Shown here: positions 7,923 to 13,726 of the stretch, in pieces
Numbering within the stretch: position 1 is the first letter of the stretch
Layout: every line of letters begins with the position of its first letter
DNA from: Butyricicoccaceae bacterium
GTDB taxonomy: Bacteria; Bacillota; Clostridia; Oscillospirales; Butyricicoccaceae
Reading direction: 5' to 3'
Length of the DNA stretch: 64,000 nucleotides
Assembly (NCBI GenBank): GCA_052289195.1
Contig: DAWAJD010000005.1
Location: 12,537-76,536, forward strand
The notes under the pieces: generated by a model
The model's database searches: none
What the model saw: the letters and a program-made list of their open reading frames with translations, nothing else
Told to the model about the DNA's origin: nothing
Program-made: the position numbers and the translations under genes

Positions 7923-8258
7923 ATGCTGAAGCTGGAAATCAAATTCAATGATGCACAGATGCAAGCGGATCATAAGTATGCCCCGGAGTCCATTTATGCC
8001 GCACTGGATAAATCCTTTGCCAAGTATCATTTCCGCAGAGAGACACTTTCTGACGGGACGATCTGCTACTATGGAAACGGGATGGCGCGTGATTATGGCA
8101 CCTTTGGCCGACTTATCACCACCTTGAAGGACAAGGAGTGGTTTATGGCCTATCTCATCAAGTGGCTTTGGTACAACAGTGATGACGGAGAAAACGAAGC
8201 AGACTTCACCGTGGAGGATGTTCTCTATCATTATGCCCACCGCGAGAGTGCTGCGTAA
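7923..8258 (+). CDS. Hypothetical 111-aa protein, putative partner of the VapD-like protein
   Basis: The ATG at 7923 lies 7 nt after AGGAGG (7910-7915). The protein is MLKLEIKFNDAQMQADHKYAPESIYAALDKSF... Its stop overlaps the next start (TAATG at 8256-8260). I recognise no family. Confidence 0.7.
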   Translation: MLKLEIKFNDAQMQADHKYAPESIYAALDKSFAKYHFRRETLSDGTICYYGNGMARDYGTFGRLITTLKDKEWFMAYLIKWLWYNSDDGENEADFTVEDVLYHYAHRESAA

Positions 8259-8593
8259 TGGCGAGAAAAGAGGCCAAGCGCTTTAAGGCTCTTTATTTTG
8301 ATTTACGGATCAAGGATTTGGAAGAACACTATTCCAAATCCCGCCCCAAAGGCGCTTATGAGAAGATACAGAAATTCTTGATCAGGCGCAGCTTCTCACA
8401 TGAGCAGTATTCCGGCTATCATTCTCTATATAAAACCACAGACTTGGAGATTTTCGATCTGATCCGGGATATGAGCGATACCTTCCCGTGGCTTCAGCAC
8501 TGCGTCAACCATTTTGAAGTAACCAATGTTGGAGCCAACCATGACCTGATGGATCTGTTCATGGAGGATGTGGAAGATCCCATCGCTCTGTAA
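8258..8593 (+). CDS. VapD-like (Cas2-fold endoribonuclease family) protein
   Basis: 111 aa. ALYFDLRIKDLEEHYSKSRPKGAYEKIQKFLIRRSFSHEQYSGY...WLQHCVNHFEVTNVGANHDLMDLF aligns by eye to the VapD pattern A-x-FDL-x2-KD ... AY-x2-I-x3-L-x3-F-x3-QxS-Y ... W-x5-V ... D. Confidence 0.65.
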   Translation: MARKEAKRFKALYFDLRIKDLEEHYSKSRPKGAYEKIQKFLIRRSFSHEQYSGYHSLYKTTDLEIFDLIRDMSDTFPWLQHCVNHFEVTNVGANHDLMDLFMEDVEDPIAL

Positions 8594-8633
8594 GCGCTGT
8601 CGAAATTCGTCTCAAATCGAGACACATTGTTTC

Positions 8634-8680
8634 AGGCCCACACTGCCGTATCGGTAGTGTGGGCCTGCTTTTTCTTTTCC
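8634..8680 (+). terminator. Rho-independent terminator after the VapD-like gene
   Basis: AGGCCCACACT (8634-8644) pairs with AGTGTGGGCCT (8656-8666) and is followed by GCTTTTTCTTTT. Confidence 0.7.
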
Positions 8681-8765
8681 TAAAGTGACAGCGACCGCCG
8701 GTGCAGATGCCAACAACTGATGCGATATGTAAAGCAGATACAGCTGTTGGCGCGTAAAGCGTCGA

Positions 8766-8794
8766 AAAATGCGTCTCATTTTGAGACGCATTTT
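8766..8794. terminator. Bidirectional terminator hairpin at the 3' end of the XRE gene
   Basis: Perfect 12-bp stem AAAATGCGTCTC-ATTTT-GAGACGCATTTT. A/T runs on both sides allow it to work on either strand. Confidence 0.6.
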
Positions 8795-8797
8795 GGC

Positions 8798-9070
8798 TCA
8801 TTTCGATTTCAATATCCTGTCGGGGAATACAGATGCGTTGATAAGATCGGCAGGATCGACCTCCAGGGCATCGGCAATATCATAGAACACATCCAGTGAA
8901 AAGCTGTGCGCCAGATTAGGCGCTTCAATCGTGCTGATGAGAGAACGGCTGACACCGGCCTTTTCCGCCAGCTTCTCCTGTGACAGGCCGCGCATTTTGC
9001 GAAGCGCGGCAATAGCGATCCCAAGCTGTATGAATCGGTCACGATTCTTGAAGGATACTTCTTTGCTCAT
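8798..9070 (-). CDS. XRE-family helix-turn-helix transcriptional regulator
   Basis: 90 aa. The HTH core is LRKMRGLSQEKLAEKAGVSRSLISTIE. It is transcribed divergently from the SLOG gene. Confidence 0.85.
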   Translation of the reverse strand: MSKEVSFKNRDRFIQLGIAIAALRKMRGLSQEKLAEKAGVSRSLISTIEAPNLAHSFSLDVFYDIADALEVDPADLINASVFPDRILKSK

Positions 9071-9145
9071 ACAGTGTCCTGCCTTTCTGATGATAAGAAA
9101 ATTATACGGGTTCCCGCTGTTCTTTTCTGTATATATCAGAAAGCT

Positions 9146-9175
9146 ATTGCTTTAATTAGTAAGCAATAGTATAGT
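9146..9175 (+). promoter_or_regulatory. Promoter of the SLOG gene overlapped by a palindromic operator candidate
   Basis: TTGCTT (9147-9152), a 17-nt spacer, then TATAGT (9170-9175). The palindrome ATTGCTT-N8-AAGCAAT (9146-9167) covers the -35 element and spacer. A second inverted repeat, CTTTCTGAT (9083-9091) / ATCAGAAAG (9135-9143), flanks the XRE-proximal side. Confidence 0.45.
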
Positions 9176-9222
9176 ATAAGAGAGCAGATGACGGAAACCG
9201 AGAGAGAAAGCAGGTGGGCGTG

Positions 9223-9777
9223 ATGATTCATCGCTGTGCAGTCATTGGCCAGCATCCTCTGCGCTTTCCGTGGGGCTTTGACGAGGAGGACACTCAATGC
9301 CGCCGCATGAAGCTGGAGCTGGCACAGCGCATCATGGAGCTGCACCAATGCGGGATAACAGAGTTTCAGGTGGCTTGCGATCATGGTGTGGGGCTGTACG
9401 CCGCAGAGATCGTCAACACGCTGCGGGAGAATGACCAGGCCCTTCGTTTGATCTGTGTCCTGCCCCACGAAGGGCAGGCGACCAAATGGACGCCGCAGCT
9501 CCGTGACCGCTATTTTGCGATGCTGGCAAGCTGCACGGATATAGACTGTATCTCACCCTATGAGCAGCCGGATGCTCAGTTTTCAGCTTATCAGCGGATC
9601 ATCGAGCGGTCGGATATGGTGCTGGCAGTTCACGATCTGAGCGCAAATGCTGACCGGGCGGAGGATCGCGCGCTGCGCTATGCGCTGGAAGAGTTGAAAA
9701 AACCTGTTCTTGTTCTGCATCCCCAAAAGCTGACCGTGCAGGTCTTTCCGCAAGGCTCTGAAAAAACAAACGGATAA
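9223..9777 (+). CDS. SLOG-superfamily protein, DUF1273 / YpsA-like
   Basis: The ATG at 9223 follows AGGTGG. The segments FQVACDHGVGLYAAEIV, LICVLPHEGQATKWTPQLRDRYFAMLA and IIERSDMVLAVHD match, in the same order, B. subtilis YpsA ISGQLGVELWAAEAA, VITPFYEQEKNWKEPNKEQYEAVLA and FIDKSDGLLLLYD. Confidence 0.7.
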   Translation: MIHRCAVIGQHPLRFPWGFDEEDTQCRRMKLELAQRIMELHQCGITEFQVACDHGVGLYAAEIVNTLRENDQALRLICVLPHEGQATKWTPQLRDRYFAMLASCTDIDCISPYEQPDAQFSAYQRIIERSDMVLAVHDLSANADRAEDRALRYALEELKKPVLVLHPQKLTVQVFPQGSEKTNG

Positions 9778-9787
9778 ACCAATGTTG

Positions 9788-9817
9788 AAATGCGTCCCGC
9801 CGTGGGGCGCATTTTTT
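9788..9817 (+). terminator. Rho-independent terminator after the SLOG gene
   Basis: AAATGCGTCCC-GCCGT-GGGGCGCATTT (one G-U pair) followed by TTTT. Confidence 0.6.
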
Positions 9818-9895
9818 ATCGCGCGGGCGTTTCTGCCCCGTATCGTACAATACCTCTGTGAGCAAGCTAAGAAAAACGATACGGAGGACGACACC

Positions 9896-10606
9896 ATGAA
9901 CGAGCTGCAAGCCTTTGAAAAGCACCTGCGCGAAAACGAGAAAAGCCCCGCCACGATAGAAAAATACCTGCGCGACGCCCGCGCCTTTCTGTGCTGGCTG
10001 GACGGGCGCAAGCCCACCAAGGAGCTGACTGTCTGCTACAAGGAAGGACTGACAGAGCGATACGAGGCCGCCAGCGTCAACTCCATGCTGGCGGGGATCA
10101 ACAGCTACCTGTCCTTTTCCGGCCGCGCAGACTGCCGCGTGAAGCCCCTGCGCGTCCAGCGGACGCTGTTCGGGAGCGAGGAACGGGAGCTCTCCCGCGA
10201 GGAATACGCCCGCCTTGTCCGCGCCGCCGTCCGCAACAAGGGGAAAACCCGCGTGATCCTCATTCCCGCCGCGCTGCGAAGGCTCCTGCTGGGCTATATG
10301 AAAAAGGCCAGCGTCACCACCGGCAGCGTGTTCCTCTCGAAAAACAAAACGCCGCTGGACCGCAGCACGGTCTGGCGGCGCATGAAAGCCCTGTGTGAGC
10401 GGGCGGGGGTGGACCCACGCAAGGTCTTTCCCCATTCTCTGCGGCATCTGTTCGCCCGCGTTTTTTACAGCGTGGAAAAGGACCTTCTGCGGCTTGCGGA
10501 CATCCTCGGCCACGCCAGCGTGAACACCACGCGCATCTACACGATGGAAACCGGACGGCAGCACATGAAGCTGCTGGAGCGCGTCAGCCGCGTGCTGCTG
10601 ACATAA
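9896..10606 (+). CDS. Tyrosine recombinase/integrase, unusually short (236 aa), apparently lacking the box I Arg segment
   Basis: The ATG at 9896 follows ACGGAGGA. It has an N-terminal SAM-like domain (SPATIEKYLRDARAFLCWL). The C-terminal catalytic motifs HSLRHLFA (HxxR) and LGHASVNTTRIY (His/Tyr) are present. No TGxRxSE-type box I lies between ...ARLVRAAVRN and KGKTRVILIPAAL. Confidence 0.75.
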   Translation: MNELQAFEKHLRENEKSPATIEKYLRDARAFLCWLDGRKPTKELTVCYKEGLTERYEAASVNSMLAGINSYLSFSGRADCRVKPLRVQRTLFGSEERELSREEYARLVRAAVRNKGKTRVILIPAALRRLLLGYMKKASVTTGSVFLSKNKTPLDRSTVWRRMKALCERAGVDPRKVFPHSLRHLFARVFYSVEKDLLRLADILGHASVNTTRIYTMETGRQHMKLLERVSRVLLT

Positions 10607-10653
10607 TGACAATTCTGTTGCGGCACGGGCGCACATAATGACAATTCTGTTGC
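10601..10653 (+). repeat. Two perfect 21-bp direct repeats, 32 bp apart start to start
   Basis: ACATAATGACAATTCTGTTGC occurs at 10601-10621 (containing the recombinase stop codon) and again at 10633-10653. Confidence 0.9.
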
Positions 10654-10687
10654 AAAGGGTACAGTAACCCTACGATACGCCGCCATC

Positions 10688-11308
10688 TTGCAGGTGCTGA
10701 CCGATGCAGGCGTTGACTGGGCGGATGTGCGCTCTGCACTTGCGGCGCATAGCAGCGAGGGCATCTATTACCGTACTGACCATCATTGGACGAGCCTTGG
10801 GGCCTACTATGCCTATTGTGCGTGGCGCGGTATTGAGCCTACGGCGGGCGAATGGACGCAGGAAGTACTCTGCGATGATTTCTACGGTACAACTTGGAAT
10901 AAAGTCCCGCTGCCCTCTGTCCCCGCCGAGGAGATCACCGCATGGTATAAGCACATAAATAGAAGTGTGTCCTACAACAACGGTCAGTATGAGACGGACA
11001 GCATCTACGAGCGGAAATACCTGTCCGGCAGCGACCAATACGCCGTATTTCTCAACTCCAATCAGGCGCAGACTGTCATTGAGGGCAGCAGCAAGAGCGG
11101 CAAGCTACTGCTCATTAAAGATTCCTACGGCAACACCTTTTCCCAATTCCCCGTGGAGGACTATGCGGAAGTCCATGTGATCGACCTCCGCTTTTTCAAG
11201 GGTGATGTGGTGGAATACGCCAAGGAAAACAGCATTACCGATACGCTGGTGCTGTATGGTGCGCAGGGGTTTGCGGGAGATAAGAACCTGCAGGCTGCTA
11301 AAGGCTAA
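10688..11308 (+). pseudogene. 5'-truncated DHHW-family (AlgJ/AlgX-like SGNH acyl-esterase) gene
   Basis: The 206-aa frame carries the family motif IYYRTDHHWTSLGAYYAY near its start. It lacks the N-terminal membrane anchor and roughly 150 aa expected from my recollection of the family. It has no RBS. The frame is open back to 10610, across the second 21-bp repeat. Confidence 0.65.
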
Positions 11309-11471
11309 TTTGTTTGGCCCGTTTCAGGCCGTGTACCGATAGCCACAAGACCGCTTACATTTCTTTGTCATCGCATTGTCGGCTCCGAGGGCATCTGCGA
11401 TCTTCGTTGTGCTTCCGCCTTTTTAAAGCGTATAGCAACGCAGGCAAAGCAAAAGATTTTTTATAAACTAT

Positions 11472-11528
11472 AGCGGCGCAGAATATGACTGGACAGTAAA
11501 TGAATTTCCAGTTATACTCTGCGCCGCT
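11472..11528. other. Long near-perfect hairpin (22-bp stem, 13-nt loop) in an AT-rich 360-bp spacer
   Basis: AGCGGCGCAGAATATGACTGGA (11472-11493), loop CAGTAAATGAATT, then TCCAGTTATACTCTGCGCCGCT (11507-11528). 20 of 22 positions pair. No adjacent U-tract on either strand. Confidence 0.8.
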
Positions 11529-11668
11529 GAATACGATCGTTAAAAATAGCCGTGTATGGGAAGGGCTTGAACCGCGGTACTGGCCCATATAGGGAAGCAA
11601 GCACACGGAAAGAATGGAATAGGTAGAGCGAAATATACGCAATATGCCGGGTGAAAAGAATCTAATTG

Positions 11669-13723
11669 CTATTTGAACTCGAAAATTATTGGATCATCCA
11701 GAGGAATCCATTCTGTTGTCAGATAGAGCAGCTTCAGTTTTACGGCACCAAGGCAGCACTTGACAAAGGTGTTGATTTGGTTTGGAGACTGGGAACTGAT
11801 ATCCTGCAAAGCCAGCATTTTTCCGGCGCTGCCATAGACGGCCAACAACATTTTCCCTTCGCAGATATCGTCATCCGAAACTGAGCCAAAAAAGTGCAGC
11901 GTTCCGTCCGTGGAAATCGTCGCAGAAACCATGGGTCCGGTGGCAGGGATTACCGCCTGCGCGACCAGGATCTTCCGGCAAACTGCACAGTGCTTTCCTT
12001 CTGTTAGTCCGGTTTTGGTGCAGGTAGGTGCGACGGCCTCATCTATGACCTCTTGATGCCCTGCCGCCGGAACGGCGACCTGTTTGACCAGCACGGTCCC
12101 GCACTCGGCACAGTGCTGGCCGCGGGTCAAGCCCGGAACCGTGCAGGAAGGCGCGACGGCGTCATCATCGACCGCCCGATGTCCCACCGCTGGAATTTCC
12201 ACATAAGTGGAATAGCTGCAGCGAGTGCAGGCGTCGTATTCGTTCCACCCGATCTGGGTGCAGGCGGCGGGCTGGGCCGCGTGAGAAACGAGGTCATGCC
12301 CAAGCGCGCCCCGCTCGGCTTGCGGCTTGAGGATCAGTCCGCAGGAGCATTGCAACCCTTCGGTCAACCCGTGCTCCACGCAAGTGGGTTCTACGGCGGG
12401 AAGGACCGTGGCTATATGCACGGAGATCGTTTTTGGAACGGCTTCTACTGTTAGCGGGGTTTCCTGAGCGGAAATGGCACTGTCCATGATCGGCGTAACG
12501 ACGGTTTCCGCGGGGCAATCGCCTTTGGCCTTGAAACGCAGTGCCAGCGTGGTGAACGCTTCTGTTAGCGCACTTCCTGCATAAGCTAAGCGTACCGTCC
12601 CCGGCGTTTCACTATTGATCAAAAAGACCCCATTGCCGACGGTTGGCGCGGTACCGCTAAGATATTCCAACACATCTGTGTCATAGAACACATCCAACAC
12701 CATCGCTGCGATACCACTGTTTTCAGATAGGACAGCTGCGAGATCAAATGCATCGCCGGCGCGGATATGCGTCGCGGAAAGTTGGAGCTCAAGGGAATGC
12801 TGTTCCTTGGGCTCGGCAGGACGGAGGATATGTATCTGTGCAAAACCGCCGCTGCTTACCAGCGAATTCCTGCGGGTGTCGATCAATTCTTGTACAGAGA
12901 AATTGATTTGTGCCGTACCCGATTCTTTTGCGGCAAAGGTCAGCGTCATCAGTGTTCCGCAGGAGAGCGCATCTGTTGTAAGATAAGTCACAGAGACATA
13001 CCCTTCCGTTTCTCGGTTGACTTGAAAAAGCGCGTTCAGCTCCTTCAAGGCTCCGGCGGGCTGAATGTCCTGCAAAGACAGCAGGCATTCATCATACTGG
13101 AAACGGATAGTCCCACCCGCCATGTCTTTGGAATCTGTGGTGCTGAGCGACAATGTTATTGTAGCACCCACATCAATCATCGTTTCGGACAAGCGGGGGG
13201 TTAGCCGCACGACCGGGGCTTGTGGTTTTTGGATCGAGATACTGCCGGAGCGGGCGTTGATTTCCAGAGGATATCTGCTTTTGTCCAGGGCATCACCCAC
13301 CAGAAGCTCCAGCGGATAGGTTTTGCATTCAGCTGTTCCAGCCGCCTCAAAGGTCAGCCGAAGCAGCACGCCGGAACTGGAAATCCCGCTGCTGCAGATT
13401 AGCGACAGATGAAGCAAGCCGGGAGCTTCTTCGCTGCAAAGCAGCAATGTGCCCTCTCCAGAGACTAAGGACGCCTTAGAACTGCTTAAAAAGGTTAAAT
13501 TTTCACTGTCATAGCGAATATAAGCTTCCAGCGCCGCCAGGTTGGATGCATTGTCTACGCGAAGGGCCACATTGATGCTGCTGCCTTGAAATACCGTTCC
13601 GCCGGAAAGCGACAAGACTACATCGGCGGCCGCCGCAGCCCTGGGCGCTGCACAAAGCAGCGCCCCAAGGCAGAGCAGTAGAGAAAAAATCCGCCGAAAA
13701 TGCAGGTGAATCATCTGTTTCAT
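11669..13723 (-). CDS. Secreted scaffoldin-like protein: three cohesin-like modules, four Cys-rich repeats and an unknown C-terminal domain
   Basis: 684 aa with a signal peptide (LLCLGALLCAAPRAAAA). Three modules of about 130 aa (aa 34-166, 171-300, 309-436) show the cohesin-type pattern, for example NLAALEAYIRYDSENLTFLS, MAGGTIRFQYDECLLSLQ and IAAMVLDVFYDTDVLEYL. It starts 3 nt after the stop of the dockerin-bearing protease gene. Confidence 0.7.
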   Translation of the reverse strand: MKQMIHLHFRRIFSLLLCLGALLCAAPRAAAAADVVLSLSGGTVFQGSSINVALRVDNASNLAALEAYIRYDSENLTFLSSSKASLVSGEGTLLLCSEEAPGLLHLSLICSSGISSSGVLLRLTFEAAGTAECKTYPLELLVGDALDKSRYPLEINARSGSISIQKPQAPVVRLTPRLSETMIDVGATITLSLSTTDSKDMAGGTIRFQYDECLLSLQDIQPAGALKELNALFQVNRETEGYVSVTYLTTDALSCGTLMTLTFAAKESGTAQINFSVQELIDTRRNSLVSSGGFAQIHILRPAEPKEQHSLELQLSATHIRAGDAFDLAAVLSENSGIAAMVLDVFYDTDVLEYLSGTAPTVGNGVFLINSETPGTVRLAYAGSALTEAFTTLALRFKAKGDCPAETVVTPIMDSAISAQETPLTVEAVPKTISVHIATVLPAVEPTCVEHGLTEGLQCSCGLILKPQAERGALGHDLVSHAAQPAACTQIGWNEYDACTRCSYSTYVEIPAVGHRAVDDDAVAPSCTVPGLTRGQHCAECGTVLVKQVAVPAAGHQEVIDEAVAPTCTKTGLTEGKHCAVCRKILVAQAVIPATGPMVSATISTDGTLHFFGSVSDDDICEGKMLLAVYGSAGKMLALQDISSQSPNQINTFVKCCLGAVKLKLLYLTTEWIPLDDPIIFEFK

Positions 13724-13726
13724 AGA

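Larger units (their letters stand above)
6898..10660. mobile_element. Decayed integrative/conjugative element remnant next to tRNA-Thr
   Basis: It begins immediately 3' of the tRNA, and G+C is visibly lower from 6.9 to 9.2 kb. It contains a RepA_N::C40-peptidase chimeric ORF, cargo modules, an XRE regulator and a shortened tyrosine recombinase. It ends at two 21-bp direct repeats abutting a 5'-truncated DHHW gene. No T4SS, relaxase or coupling-protein genes remain. Confidence 0.6.

Noticed and set aside
9083-9143. 9-bp inverted repeats CTTTCTGAT/ATCAGAAAG as an invertible promoter (inverton)
   Set aside because: The arms are only 9 bp and enclose 43 bp. The nearby recombinase looks inactivated. 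The geometry fits operator half-sites in a divergent promoter region better than a phase-variable switch.
11355-11642. 95-aa minus-strand ORF in the AT-rich spacer
   Set aside because: It has no RBS and odd composition (many Cys/Tyr/Phe/Arg). It spans the long hairpin and has an A/T-rich third position unlike real genes here. It was kept only as part of the spacer finding.
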